This document shows positions 49,990 to 60,246 of a DNA stretch of 64,000 nucleotides, piece after piece. Each line of letters begins with the position of its first letter. Within the stretch, counting starts at the first letter, position 1. The DNA comes from Trueperaceae bacterium (GTDB taxonomy: Bacteria > Deinococcota > Deinococci > Deinococcales > Trueperaceae): NCBI GenBank assembly GCA_965213925.1, contig OZ243927.1, positions 256,001 through 320,000 of the forward strand, read 5' to 3'. Both the position numbers and the translations under genes were made by a program. The notes beneath the pieces are model-generated. The model was not told the DNA's origin. It saw only the letters and a program-made list of their open reading frames with translations, and did no database searches.

Positions 49990-51042
49990 TCACGTCCCAC
50001 TTCTTGGGTCATTCACATCTCTAAAGGCGTCGCCCAAGAGGTTCCAACCCAGTACGAACAGCACGATGACGATGCCGGGGTAAAATGAAACGTACCAGTA
50101 GGCGAAGGGGTCGTTGGGCGGTCCCAAAATCCAATCGCGCGCAAAGGCGATCATCTGCCCCCAGTCCGCGAAGCCGATGGGCGGTCCTAGCCCCAAAAAG
50201 CTCAGCGCGGCGGCGGTGATGACCACCGTGCCGATATCCAAGCTCGCGACGATGATGATCGAGCCGATTGAGTTAGGCAGTACGTGTTTGAAGATAATGC
50301 CTAAGTTCCCCGCCCCCAACGCCCGCGCCCCGTCCACGTACTCCTGCTCTTTGACCCGCAAGATGTCGCCGCGCAGAAGGCGGGCGTAGGTGGGCCAGCC
50401 CACGATGGCGATGGCGAGCATGATGTTGACCAGCGACTGCCCCAAGATCGTTACGATAACGATAGCCATGATTAAGCTAGGCACGGAGATGATCACGTCG
50501 GTGAAGCGCATCAAGACGTTGTCGATCCAGCCGCCGAAATAGCCCGCGATGCTGCCGATTAGGAGCCCGATAGATAAACTCACGCCGATGACCAAAAAAC
50601 CGATAAAAAAAGCCGTGCGCGTGCCCCAGACGAGCCCGTAATAGATGTCGTAGCCGCGACTCGAGGTGCCCAAGATAGACTCGGACGTGGGCGGCTGCGG
50701 CACGGGCGAAAAGGTCGTGCGGGGAATCGTGTAGCAAGACGAGAGGGGCGCACCCGGTAAGGGCTGCGCGAACATCAGCCGCCAGAAGGCAGGCCTGAGC
50801 GGGTTGTTGACCTCGCCTACCGTGCGAGCGGAGAGCCCCAAGTCGCGCAAGCAGGAGCGCCCCGGCGTGGTGATGAGCGGCGCAGAAATAGCGACAACCA
50901 CGAAGAAAAGGACGATGAGCGCCCCCGTAATCGCTAGCGGGTTGCGGCGAAAGCGCTTCATCGCTTTAGAGTTCCACCACTTTGCGAGGGCGCTCTGTTC
51001 ACGCTCCTGCTGGGCGGGCTGTTGCATACTCGAGCTTGCCAT
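49990..51042 (-). CDS. Peptide ABC transporter permease (OppC/DppC-like)
   Basis: GYFGGWIDNVLMRFTD, YVDGARALGA, ALSFLGLG and WNLLGDAFRD motifs. Confidence 0.92.
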   Translation of the reverse strand: MASSSMQQPAQQEREQSALAKWWNSKAMKRFRRNPLAITGALIVLFFVVVAISAPLITTPGRSCLRDLGLSARTVGEVNNPLRPAFWRLMFAQPLPGAPLSSCYTIPRTTFSPVPQPPTSESILGTSSRGYDIYYGLVWGTRTAFFIGFLVIGVSLSIGLLIGSIAGYFGGWIDNVLMRFTDVIISVPSLIMAIVIVTILGQSLVNIMLAIAIVGWPTYARLLRGDILRVKEQEYVDGARALGAGNLGIIFKHVLPNSIGSIIIVASLDIGTVVITAAALSFLGLGPPIGFADWGQMIAFARDWILGPPNDPFAYWYVSFYPGIVIVLFVLGWNLLGDAFRDVNDPRSGT

Positions 51043-52100
51043 CAGTTGTACCGGATGCGCGGGTCGATCACGCCGTAGAGAAGGTCCACCAAGAGGTTCG
51101 CCACAACGACGATCATCGCGGTGAAAACAGCGAACCCCAGCACCGCCGCGTAGTCGAGCTGCACAGCGGCGGTCGCACCCCACTGCCCCAAGCCTGGGTA
51201 ATTAAAAACCGTTTCCGTGATGACCACCCCGTTGAAGAGGCTAAAAAGCACCAAGCCGGAGAGCGTGATGACGGGGATGAGCGCGTTACGGCGGGCGTGC
51301 TTATAGTTCACCATGTTTTCTGGTAGCCCTTTTGCCCGCGCCGTACGCACGTAGTCTTGAGACAAGACATCTAACAGCGACGAGCGCATCACCCGTAAAA
51401 TCTGTGCAGACGAGATGATCGCGAGCGTCGTCACGGGCAAGATCATGTGCAGCACGGCGTTCCAGAAGATATCGAAGCGTCCGTTGAGAAGCGAATCGAT
51501 GGTGAGCAGCCCGGTAGGACGCTGAAAATCACGGCTCGCCAACTCCACGACGAAGCGCGTCGAGAGTCGCCCCGGCTCCACGCGAAACGCGCCGCCTAAG
51601 AACTCGGATAAAAACCCGCCTAGCATCCCGTAGAAGACCACGAGCAGCCAAATCCCCGCCACGAAGCTCGGCAGCGAGTAGCCTACAATCGCAGCGACGC
51701 GCGTGACCTGGTCGATGAACTTGTCCCGGTTGAGAGCCGCCGCTGTGCCGAGCCAGATGCCGATGCCGATCACCGGAATGATGGCGTAGAGGGCTAGCTC
51801 CAAGGTTGCCGGGAACCTCTTGCGAATCGTCGTCAAGACGGGCTCGTTGGTGACTTTCGAGTAGCCCATGTTGCCCTGCGCGACCTGGCTGAGCCAGCGC
51901 CCGTACTGCTGATACCAGGGGTCGTCGAGCCCGTAACGCTCGACGATGGCGGGCAAGTTGCGCGCCTGCTGTGGTGTCTGCGCGTAGGTAGACGCGCGCT
52001 GGATAGGGGTTAAAAGCTGCATGAGCAGCACGATGAAGATAGTGACGCCGAAAAATACGACGGGCAAAAAGAGAAGTCGTCTAACGACAAAAGCGAACAT
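51042..52100 (-). CDS. Peptide ABC transporter permease (OppB/DppB-like)
   Basis: YGLDDP, RFPATLEL, QDYVRTARAKGL and ETVFNYPGLG motifs. Confidence 0.93.
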   Translation of the reverse strand: MFAFVVRRLLFLPVVFFGVTIFIVLLMQLLTPIQRASTYAQTPQQARNLPAIVERYGLDDPWYQQYGRWLSQVAQGNMGYSKVTNEPVLTTIRKRFPATLELALYAIIPVIGIGIWLGTAAALNRDKFIDQVTRVAAIVGYSLPSFVAGIWLLVVFYGMLGGFLSEFLGGAFRVEPGRLSTRFVVELASRDFQRPTGLLTIDSLLNGRFDIFWNAVLHMILPVTTLAIISSAQILRVMRSSLLDVLSQDYVRTARAKGLPENMVNYKHARRNALIPVITLSGLVLFSLFNGVVITETVFNYPGLGQWGATAAVQLDYAAVLGFAVFTAMIVVVANLLVDLLYGVIDPRIRYN

Positions 52101-52112
52101 CTTTCACCTCCT

Positions 52113-52190
52113 TAGCGGGTATCATCCGGTCACGAACGCTCACAGTCAATTTTGATTGGGCGCGTAATATTTAGAGATGATACGTGTATC
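52113..52190 (-). repeat. Family A repeat, short subtype, upstream of the OppB-like gene
   Basis: TAGCGGGTATCATCCGGTCACGAACGCT is the reverse complement of the family A end. Confidence 0.62.
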
Positions 52191-52213
52191 CAACACCGAT
52201 GAGAAATAAGGAG

Positions 52214-52240
52214 AGAGGAGCGGTCTAGCGCCGCTCCTCT
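52214..52240 (-). terminator. Hairpin after the binding-protein gene (terminator or mRNA stabiliser)
   Basis: AGAGGAGCGG-N7-CCGCTCCTCT. Confidence 0.6.
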
Positions 52241-52255
52241 TGCTCGAGACTTAGC

Positions 52256-53998
52256 CTAGTTCTTCGAGACGTCTTTCCAGAAGTAGTTGTGGGAGAGCAT
52301 CGGGTTGTAGTAGACGCCTTGGAGCACCTCGCTCGCGGCGATGAACGCGCCGGGTACGGGCAGCGGGACGACGGGCGCGAGGTCGTAGTGGAGCTGCGTA
52401 GCTTGCGCGTAGAGTTCTTCGCGCTCGCTCTGATCTAACGAGCTATTAGCTTGCCTGAGCGCCTGGTCCATCTCTTCGTTGCTAAAGCTCGTGCGTCCGT
52501 CCGGGTAGAAGCCGTCGGAGAGGTAGAAGGTGTTGAAGAAGTTTCTCGGGTCGGCGTAGTCCGCGCCCCAACCGAGCACGAACATGGGCGTTAGCCCCTG
52601 GTCGCTGCGGCTCAGGAAGTCGGGCCAGGCGAGCGAGCGGATGTTCATCGTGAAGTTCGGGCTCAAAAACTCCAGGTTCTCTTTGATGATCTCTAAAGAC
52701 GCTTGCCGCGTGGTGTTACCTGCGTTATAGAGCGCGGTGAACTGAAAGCCGGTGTCGAACAGTTGACCGTCAAACGCTTGGCTAAAGGCTTGCTCCGCCG
52801 CCTCCAGGTCGAGCGTGCGAATCGGCACGTCGTCGGTGTAGCCGAAGAAGGAGGGGGGCAGCGCCGCCGTGAGCGCCTGACCTTCGCCCTCATAAATCTG
52901 CTCGATAAAGGCTTGCTGGTCGAAGAGGTGCGCGAAGCCGATGCGCACGTTCGGGTCGTCGAAGAAGTCAGAGGGGATACCCTGACCGTCTAGCTGACCC
53001 GAGCCGACGTCCTCGTTGTTCTCCATCACGATGTCGGTGTTGAAGAAGACCGCCGAGACCGAGGTGGGGTTCCATTCTGGGTCTTCGTATACGGTGACGC
53101 CCGGCGCGCCGCGAAGCTGCACGAGCGCCGCGCGGTCGCCCAAGATGGCGCGGTCCGCGTCGCCCTGTTGCAGCGCCAAGATGTTGGTGGACTGCTCTTC
53201 GACGTAGTTGTAGACGACGTTGGCGATGGACGGTGCGCCGTCCCAGTAGTCGCTGAAGGCTTGACCAACGAAGGAGTTACCCGTCCACTCGACGAGTTGG
53301 TACGCGCCCGTGCCGCTCGCCGCGTTGTGCATGAATTCTTGCGTGAGGTCGCGCCCGATCCAGTCGGTCCAGGTCGCTTCGGTGCCGTCCCACATGCCGT
53401 TCTCGATGGCCCACTGGCTGTCCGTCACGCTGAACGCGGTGTACGCGAGAATCGAGAGGAACGCGGGGTCGGGCGCAGTCAGGTTGAGTTGCACGGTTAA
53501 ACCGTCGTCACCGTCGGGGCACTCGACTGCGCCGTCGATCATGCCCCAGTCGACCTCTTCTTGGTACGCTGCCGCGTCGCTGCCGTCGGTCTGCGTGCCC
53601 AAGAACTGGTTGCCGACGAGGTAGCTGACCGCGCCCTCGGGGTGCGCGACGACCATGCCGCGCTCTAAGGAGTACTCCACGTCGCGGCAGGTCATGGTGT
53701 TGCCGCTATGGAAAGGCACGCCTTCGCGCAGGGTGAAGGTGTAGGTCGTGCCGTCTTCGGACGTTTGGTAGTCGGTCGCCAAAGCAGGTACGAACTCGTC
53801 GATACTCGCGCCGTCGTAGGTGTAGAGGGTTTCGTAAATATTTTCTAAGAGCGAACCCGAAGCGGTGTCGTAAGCCCTGGCAGGGTCTAACGTGACCGCC
53901 TCGCCGAAAGCGGAGACGACGTAGGTGTCGGCGGGGGCTTGCGCTGCGCCGGTCGAAAGTAGACCGAGCAGCGCGAGTAGGGATAGAGCTTTTTTCAT
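52256..53998 (-). CDS. Peptide ABC transporter substrate-binding protein (family 5)
   Basis: Signal peptide; TLDPA.AYD, IYETL, YTFTLREGVPFH and WGADYADP motifs. Confidence 0.93.
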   Translation of the reverse strand: MKKALSLLALLGLLSTGAAQAPADTYVVSAFGEAVTLDPARAYDTASGSLLENIYETLYTYDGASIDEFVPALATDYQTSEDGTTYTFTLREGVPFHSGNTMTCRDVEYSLERGMVVAHPEGAVSYLVGNQFLGTQTDGSDAAAYQEEVDWGMIDGAVECPDGDDGLTVQLNLTAPDPAFLSILAYTAFSVTDSQWAIENGMWDGTEATWTDWIGRDLTQEFMHNAASGTGAYQLVEWTGNSFVGQAFSDYWDGAPSIANVVYNYVEEQSTNILALQQGDADRAILGDRAALVQLRGAPGVTVYEDPEWNPTSVSAVFFNTDIVMENNEDVGSGQLDGQGIPSDFFDDPNVRIGFAHLFDQQAFIEQIYEGEGQALTAALPPSFFGYTDDVPIRTLDLEAAEQAFSQAFDGQLFDTGFQFTALYNAGNTTRQASLEIIKENLEFLSPNFTMNIRSLAWPDFLSRSDQGLTPMFVLGWGADYADPRNFFNTFYLSDGFYPDGRTSFSNEEMDQALRQANSSLDQSEREELYAQATQLHYDLAPVVPLPVPGAFIAASEVLQGVYYNPMLSHNYFWKDVSKN

Positions 53999-54073
53999 AG
54001 TCCTCCTAAAGTAGAAAGCGTGGTCGTTGGGGCCGTAGATGGTTGCGGTGTGGACGGTTGGGATGTGGAAGCA

Positions 54074-54093
54074 TTATCCACAGGTTATCCACA
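54074..54093 (+). promoter_or_regulatory. Two tandem perfect DnaA boxes (TTATCCACA-GG-TTATCCACA)
   Basis: Exact consensus matches at 54074-54082 and 54085-54093; degenerate inverted boxes at 54049 and 54064. Confidence 0.6.
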
Positions 54094-54532
54094 GGTCAAA
54101 CTAGGTAATGCGGGGCGCGAAGGCGCTCCTGAAACCCTCCTTTCCCTAAGATCACATCGTCATGACCTCATCAGTCTAACAAACTTGTTCGCTCTTGCGC
54201 CGCCCTCTGAATGTAATCTGAAAAACGGATGACTTCATTAAGCCGAAATGGAAAATGAGACATACAGCAACTTTGCGCGCAGATGTGAACATTTATACAT
54301 CTGTTCTACCTTATCATCAAAAGCATAAATATCTATAGAACATCTATAGGAAAGGGCTTTTTAGCTTTCCCGGCGGCTCTACGCTCAGTTGCGATGAGCA
54401 ATTCTATGCAAATATAACGTGTAAAGGTGGCGAGATTCGCGGACGTTTGCGCTCGCCCTTTCAGGCGCGTGAGGGTCTATTTTAGCCTCGAGTACACGGT
54501 TTCGCCCCCGTCTTGCGGTAAACTTGGGGGAG

Positions 54533-55120
54533 ATGAAACGTATCTTCTTTAGTCTCTCTTTGCTCGCACTGCTGAGCGCTTGTGTGGAACGCTCCGACGC
54601 CTTAGCGCCCGTTGTCAACATCACCTCGCCGAAAAGCGGCACCGTGCGCACCGCTGAAAACCTGCAGATTAGCGGCTACGCCCTCGACGACGAGGGCGTC
54701 CGCGCGGTTCGCGTCAACGGGCTCGACCTCTTGGGCGAAGCCATCTACGCCGAGCAGCGCGACAAAAAACTCGTGCGCTTCGCCTTTATCCCGCAAGAGG
54801 TCGGCGAAGGGCAGTGGGCGTCGACCATCGAGGTCGAAGACGTGGACGGGCGCGTCACCTCGCTCGACTTCCCCCTAGAGATCGACACGACCCCGCCGAC
54901 GCTGGAGATTACAGGCGTCGAAGGTTTAGCGGACGGGCGCGTGCGCGTCGTGGGCGTCGCGAGGGATAACGACCAGGTCGGTCGCGTCAGCGTGAGCGGC
55001 ACGGACATCTCGTTTATCCCGGCAGAGCAGGTCTCCTTCTCGTTGGACGTGGCGCGCGAGGGGTTAGAGATTGTCGTCACCGACCAAGCGGGCAACCGGA
55101 TTGTCGAACAACCCCAATGA
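54533..55120 (+). CDS. Lipoprotein with Ig-like beta domains
   Basis: LLSAC lipobox; P.V.ITSP, DTTPPTL and DQAGN Ig-like motifs. Confidence 0.75.
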   Translation: MKRIFFSLSLLALLSACVERSDALAPVVNITSPKSGTVRTAENLQISGYALDDEGVRAVRVNGLDLLGEAIYAEQRDKKLVRFAFIPQEVGEGQWASTIEVEDVDGRVTSLDFPLEIDTTPPTLEITGVEGLADGRVRVVGVARDNDQVGRVSVSGTDISFIPAEQVSFSLDVAREGLEIVVTDQAGNRIVEQPQ

Positions 55121-55150
55121 TATGCCTGTAGGAGATGTAGTCACGTTGCG

Positions 55151-56596
55151 ATGAAAGCGATGAGACCTGCGACGCAACAGGTGGCGTCACGTTCGCCGAG
55201 TCTGCCTATCTCGACGCGCGAGGTGCCGAGTTTAGCACCTCGCGCGCTAGCCTTGGAGAAAGCGCACGGCAACGGCGACTTGGTACGCATCATCGAAGCG
55301 TTGGGGATCGGCGGACCCTTTGAGGTCTTAAACTCCTGGGAACTCCGGGACGAAAGAGGGCAGCACCTCATCAATGCGGGGGGCTACGCGGCGCTTCCCT
55401 TCGGCGAGCGCTATCCCCCTCTCGTAGATTTTATTCACGCCTACTTTCAAACGAGTACCAGCATGAGCTTGCCACAACAGTCGGTGTCGGACTGGCGAGC
55501 GGCGCTAGAGACCAACCTCGTCGCCCTGCTCTCGTTCTACGCGCCGAGCCACGGAGACTCGCAAGTTTTTTTTTCCAATAGCGGCGCGGAGGCGGTCGAG
55601 ACGGCGCTCAAGTTCGCCCGCACTGCGCGCCCGAACGCTGCGCACCTCATCAACTTTACGAAGGGCTATCACGGTAAGACAGCGGGCGCACTCTCCTTGA
55701 CACCTAACGAGGAGTACCAAGCGCCTTTTAGGCCACTACTCGGAAACGTAGTAACGCTCCCTTACGGCGACGCGCAGGCGCTCACGAACAAGGTGACGGA
55801 ATTAAGCGCAGATAAAATCGTCGCCGTCGTGTTAGAGCCTATTCAGGGTGAGGGCGGCGTGATCCACCCTCCAGCGGATTTCTTACCTGCTGTAAACGCG
55901 CTTAGAGACCGCGGCGTCCTCGTCATCGCCGATGAGATTCAGACCGGCTTAGGACGCTCTGGGCATCTGTTTGCGAGCGTGGCGGGCGGTTTAGACCCCG
56001 ACATTCTCACCTTAGCTAAGCCGCTCGGCGGCGGGCTCTTGCCGATCGGTGCGACGATTGCGCGCCGCGAGATTTACAGGACGATGCTGGGCGGCTTGCA
56101 GAGCAAGCGCCACTCGAACACGTTCGGCGGTGGCTCGCTGGCGATGGCGGTGGGGCTCAAGTCGCTGGAGATCATCGTAGAAGAAAACCTAGTCGAGCGC
56201 TCGAGAGTTTTAGGCGAGCACGGTTTAGCAGAGCTTCGGAATTTGCAAGGCGCGTACCCCGACCTCATCGAAGAGGTGCGCGGCGCGGGGATGCTCTTCG
56301 CGCTGCAACTGCAACCTGTCGTTTCTCAAAAGGTGCTAGCGGGAGAGTTGCCCGCGCAGTTAGGGAGCGCTCTGGCGCTACGGCTGCTGCACCAAGCGGG
56401 CGTGCACGGGTGCTACACGCTGAACTCGAGCGCCACCTTGCGCCTCACGCCGCCGCTCAACATCCCCGAGGAGACCTTCGCAGACCTTCTGGAGCGCGTC
56501 GCGCACTTCGCACAATGCACGCCTAAAGCTTGGCAACTCCCCCTTAAAACCCCACCTTCTGTACTGGCGGGTCTAGCGCGTCTCGCCCTTTCGTAG
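55151..56596 (+). CDS. Class III aminotransferase (putrescine aminotransferase PatA-like)
   Basis: FFSNSGAEAVETALK, YHGKT.GALS, EPIQGEGG, DEIQTGLGRSG, AKPLGGG and HSNTFGG motifs. Confidence 0.85.
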   Translation: MKAMRPATQQVASRSPSLPISTREVPSLAPRALALEKAHGNGDLVRIIEALGIGGPFEVLNSWELRDERGQHLINAGGYAALPFGERYPPLVDFIHAYFQTSTSMSLPQQSVSDWRAALETNLVALLSFYAPSHGDSQVFFSNSGAEAVETALKFARTARPNAAHLINFTKGYHGKTAGALSLTPNEEYQAPFRPLLGNVVTLPYGDAQALTNKVTELSADKIVAVVLEPIQGEGGVIHPPADFLPAVNALRDRGVLVIADEIQTGLGRSGHLFASVAGGLDPDILTLAKPLGGGLLPIGATIARREIYRTMLGGLQSKRHSNTFGGGSLAMAVGLKSLEIIVEENLVERSRVLGEHGLAELRNLQGAYPDLIEEVRGAGMLFALQLQPVVSQKVLAGELPAQLGSALALRLLHQAGVHGCYTLNSSATLRLTPPLNIPEETFADLLERVAHFAQCTPKAWQLPLKTPPSVLAGLARLALS

Positions 56597-57914
56597 CGCC
56601 CCGGTGCGCCTGCTCCACCGTCTCTAAGTCCGCGCCGATAAGGACGTCTTTCGCCACCTCGACGATGAGGTCGGCTTGCTCGGCGAGCGCGCCGTCGAGT
56701 CTGGAGTGGTCGTTGAGCGCGCGGAGCACAGTGATGGTTTGCAAGAGGTGCAGCGAGACCATCATGTTGTCGCCGCTAAAGCGGCGCAGCGGTCCGAAGG
56801 TATTTTGCACCAGGTCTTTGATGTCCACCTGAGTGTAGATGAGGCGGAGCTTCTCCTCGTCGTCAAAAAAGTAAGGCGAGTGCGGCTTGCGCGAGACGAG
56901 CAGGTTAAAGCCTTCGCCGATGCGGTTAATGCACTGGATCGCCGTGACGGGGTCGTTGATGCCCGGCGAGAGCGCCCGGAGCGCCACCTCGGTCAGTTGG
57001 TCGAACAAAAAGTCGAAGTCCTGCAAGGGCGTGCGGCGCGGACCGAAGGTGAACGACCCGCGCAACTTTTCCTCCAGTTCCTCAGTGAGACGTTCGCCGG
57101 GCCACACTTGCAAGAGCGGTCTGCGTTCGACCAAAAACGTACCGGGTCGGTGCGGCACTTTGACGATCACATCGTGTTCCTTCGCGGCGGCAATGAGTCC
57201 TTGTACTCCGACCGTCTGCAGGTAGCTGCTGTGCGCCATCGGCACGTTCCGCGCGTCCTCGTCAAATCTGTCAGGAATAGAGGGCGTTTCGGGCGCTTCA
57301 TCGTTAAAACCTCTCTCGTGAGAGAGCTGCTCCTCGGGGTAAATCTTTCTGATGAGGTCCTCTAAACTCTGCGCGATATTCGTGATGATACTGGACGCCT
57401 GAATCGACTCCGCTGTGTGGTGAATGAAGTAGATAAACACGCCTAAGTTAAAGGCGGCTAGAAGCACCGAGAACGTCACCGCGAGGTGCGGCACGAAGGA
57501 GGTCAGCGCGGCCGCTTCGTCCGCGGAGCGAATCGTGCGCAGCACCAAAAGGCAGTAGATGAAGGTGCCGATAAAGCTGCCCAGCACGAATTGGTTGCCC
57601 CGGTCGCGCATGAAGTTGCCCAGAAGCCGCGGTCCGTATTGCCCCGAGGTGAGTGACAAGACGACCATTGTGATGGAGAACGCCACGCCCGCCACCCCGA
57701 TCATGGAGCCCGAAATGGTGGAGAGCAAAGAGCGTGCGCCGTCGGGCTGGTTGAGGTACACGAATTGGATATTGCGCAGCCAGGTAAGCTTGTCGCCTGT
57801 GTCGAGCCATACTAGGAGCGACGCGAGCAGCACCGAGCCCAAGGTCATGAGCCCCGGCACAAACCAGTAGCTTGCCAGGAGCGCGTCCCAGGTGCTGGTG
57901 AGTTTATTGCGCAT
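56544..57914 (-). CDS. DUF2254 family membrane protein
   Basis: SYWFVP, S.QYGPRLLGNFMRD and RALSPGINDPVTA motifs. Confidence 0.88.
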   Translation of the reverse strand: MRNKLTSTWDALLASYWFVPGLMTLGSVLLASLLVWLDTGDKLTWLRNIQFVYLNQPDGARSLLSTISGSMIGVAGVAFSITMVVLSLTSGQYGPRLLGNFMRDRGNQFVLGSFIGTFIYCLLVLRTIRSADEAAALTSFVPHLAVTFSVLLAAFNLGVFIYFIHHTAESIQASSIITNIAQSLEDLIRKIYPEEQLSHERGFNDEAPETPSIPDRFDEDARNVPMAHSSYLQTVGVQGLIAAAKEHDVIVKVPHRPGTFLVERRPLLQVWPGERLTEELEEKLRGSFTFGPRRTPLQDFDFLFDQLTEVALRALSPGINDPVTAIQCINRIGEGFNLLVSRKPHSPYFFDDEEKLRLIYTQVDIKDLVQNTFGPLRRFSGDNMMVSLHLLQTITVLRALNDHSRLDGALAEQADLIVEVAKDVLIGADLETVEQAHRGATKGRDALDPPVQKVGF

Positions 57915-57932
57915 AAGGATGAGTTCCGAGTA

Positions 57933-58060
57933 GCGAGCAATGAGCAATGAGTAGGGCAGGAAGTAAGAAGTAAGGGATAAGGAGTAAAGAGTCGCCTTTC
58001 ACTTTTAACTCATTGCTCATTGCTTTTAACTCTCTTTCCTTACTCGTTGCTTTTAACTTT
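57933..58060. repeat. Heptamer tandem/inverted repeats (GAGCAAT / ATTGCTC, STRR-like)
   Basis: GAGCAATGAGCAATGAG...CTCATTGCTCATTGCT; the same units occur at 60247-60322. Confidence 0.7.
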
Positions 58061-58067
58061 AATCTAG

Positions 58068-58850
58068 TCACTGCCCGCCACCCGCCGCCTGACCCTCTTT
58101 CGCGGTCTCTTCCGTGTAGGGCTGATGCAACTTGACGGGCTTAGAGCCGCGAAGCCGCAAGTTGAGCATCTCGACGAAGACCGCAAAACCCATCGAGAAG
58201 TAGATGTAGCCTTTAGGGATGTGCTGTCCGAAACTCTCGGCGACTAAAGACACGCCGATGAGAATCAAAAAGGAGAGCGCTAACATCTTCACGGTAGGGT
58301 GCTGATCAACAAAGTCGCTGATGGGTCCAGCCGAAATGAGCATGATGCCTACCGCGATCACGACGGCTGTGACCATCACGCCGAGGTCGTCCGCCATGCC
58401 GACCGCCGTGATGACCGAGTCGAGCGAGAAGACCACATCCAAAATGAGAATCTGCGCGATCACAGCGGCGAACGAGGGCGCGACTTTAGCGCTCTCGTGC
58501 CCCTCTTCGCCCTCCAACTTCTGGTGAATCTCTTGCGTCGCTTTGGCGATCAAGAAAAGCCCGCCCACTAACAAGATGAGGTCGCGCCCCGAAATCTCCT
58601 GTTCAAAAATAGTGAAGAGCGGTTCCGTCAAACCGATAATCCAGCTTATCGAGAAGAGCAACAAGATGCGCGTGAACATCGCCAAAAAAAGCCCTACATT
58701 GCGCGCTCTGGGCTGCTGCTCTTCGGGCAGTTTAGAGGAAACGATCGAGATAAAAACGATGTTGTCGATGCCTAAAACGATCTCTAAAAGGGTGAGGGTG
58801 AGAAGCGCAACCCACGCTTCCGGGCTGCTAACCCACGAAAATAAATCCAT
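58068..58850 (-). CDS. TerC-family membrane protein
   Basis: LEIVLGIDNIVFI, DVVFSLDSVITAVG and HPTVKMLALSFLILIG motifs. Confidence 0.92.
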   Translation of the reverse strand: MDLFSWVSSPEAWVALLTLTLLEIVLGIDNIVFISIVSSKLPEEQQPRARNVGLFLAMFTRILLLFSISWIIGLTEPLFTIFEQEISGRDLILLVGGLFLIAKATQEIHQKLEGEEGHESAKVAPSFAAVIAQILILDVVFSLDSVITAVGMADDLGVMVTAVVIAVGIMLISAGPISDFVDQHPTVKMLALSFLILIGVSLVAESFGQHIPKGYIYFSMGFAVFVEMLNLRLRGSKPVKLHQPYTEETAKEGQAAGGGQ

Positions 58851-59132
58851 AGTTGCCCCTTGGGCGCTCCTAAGAAGATGCAAGCAAACTAGGAGCACGG
58901 TGAAGTCGGCGTCTACTATACCCCGCGAAGCTTAGGGAAACTTAGAAGGTCTTTAGAACCGAGAACTTAGCTGACGTAAGCACCTTAGGCGTTTCGGAGC
59001 GCGAGAAAAGTGCCTGCAGGCTTGACGCCGCCCCGCTAAACACGCAACAATGGTCTAGTTGAGTTTTGAATGGAGCGTTTCTTAACGCGACTCAGCGCCT
59101 CGAGCCCCCTCTCTTAGCGAGCGTAGGTTCGA

Positions 59133-59257
59133 CTCATCCAGAGCAACCGAGGGACCTGACCCGACGACGTTGCAGCAACCCGCTTTCATCCAAGCGGGTG
59201 CTCCTTTCAGACCGGCGGGGCGAGGTCACGATGGCTTCACCCTTCTGGACAGATGAG
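59133..59257 (+). ncRNA. SAM-I (S-box) riboswitch
   Basis: CTCATCCAGAG...GAGGGAC.TG.CCCGA.GA...CAGCAACC...GGTGCT...GATGAG; P1 CTCATC/GATGAG; upstream of metF-metH. Confidence 0.92.
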
Positions 59258-59365
59258 AAGGCTCTTTTTCTGACCCTTCTTTATAAACTGGCTGCATTTT
59301 CATTAAGGAGGGTTTGCTATGGCATTTATTTCTATCCCTATGGACACAACTAAAGAGGTGCGTCT

Positions 59366-60235
59366 GTGAGCTTAGCCTCGAGGCTCGGAAGAGAGTTTAT
59401 TGTAACAGCGGAGTTAGAGCCCCCCCGCAGCGCCGACCCCAGCAGCGCCTACCGCCAAGCTGCCGAAGCCGAACCTTACGTTCACGCCGTCAATATCTCC
59501 GACGCGCCCATGGCGAACTTGCGCATGAGCCCGGTCGCGTTGGCGCACCTTATCCAGTCGCGCTATGAACTCGAGACGGTCTTCCACTTCACCTGCCGTG
59601 ACCGCAACGTTTTAGCGCTCCAGTCGGAACTTCTGGGCGCAGCCGCGCTAGGGGTTAAGAACGTCTTGACCTTGACGGGCGACCCGCCTACGCGCGGCGA
59701 TCATCCAGATGCCAAGGGCGTTTACGAGGTAGACGTGCTCGGGCTTATCGGTTTAGTCAAAAATCTCAACCGGGGTAAAACCAGAGGGCGCGACCTGGAA
59801 GCGCCGACGAACCTCACGGTTGCCGCCGCCGCGAATCCGGGCGCGAAAGATTTAGAGGTCGAGGTTTCCAAGTTCAACGCTAAGTTAAAAGCAGGTGCGC
59901 ACTTCTTCCAGACCCAGCCGATCTTTAGCGCCGAGGACGCGGTGAGGTTTCAAGCTGCCTTTGGCGGCAGAGCGCCCGCACCCGTGCTCTACGGCGTCTT
60001 ACCCGTGCGCAGTGCGAAGATGGCGAAGGGCGTGTCGAAATGGTGCAGCGTGCCGGACGAGCTTATTGAGGGGCTCGAGAGAGACGGACAAGCCGCCGGG
60101 CTCCGCTGGGCGCAGCAGCTCGTGGCGGACCTGCGCACGCTCGGCGTGGACGGCGTCCACGTGTATCCGCTCGGGCGAACGGAGCTTTTAGGAGAATTTC
60201 TCGAGCCGGTAGAAGAGGTCGTGAGCTATGCGTAG
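59366..60235 (+). CDS. metF: Methylenetetrahydrofolate reductase
   Basis: AELEPP, HFTCRDRN, LTGDPP and AGAHFFQTQP motifs. Confidence 0.88.
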   Translation: MSLASRLGREFIVTAELEPPRSADPSSAYRQAAEAEPYVHAVNISDAPMANLRMSPVALAHLIQSRYELETVFHFTCRDRNVLALQSELLGAAALGVKNVLTLTGDPPTRGDHPDAKGVYEVDVLGLIGLVKNLNRGKTRGRDLEAPTNLTVAAAANPGAKDLEVEVSKFNAKLKAGAHFFQTQPIFSAEDAVRFQAAFGGRAPAPVLYGVLPVRSAKMAKGVSKWCSVPDELIEGLERDGQAAGLRWAQQLVADLRTLGVDGVHVYPLGRTELLGEFLEPVEEVVSYA

Positions 60236-60246
60236 AAAGGCAACAA

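Noticed and set aside
56544..56596. 53-bp convergent overlap of the aminotransferase and DUF2254 genes
   Set aside because: Tail-to-tail overlaps are common (also 41254-41269 and 10971-10974); nothing suggests a function.
58851..58990. yybP-ykoY Mn riboswitch upstream of the TerC gene
   Set aside because: Only a single hairpin (GCTCCTA/TAGGAGC) is visible; I could not find the conserved riboswitch core.
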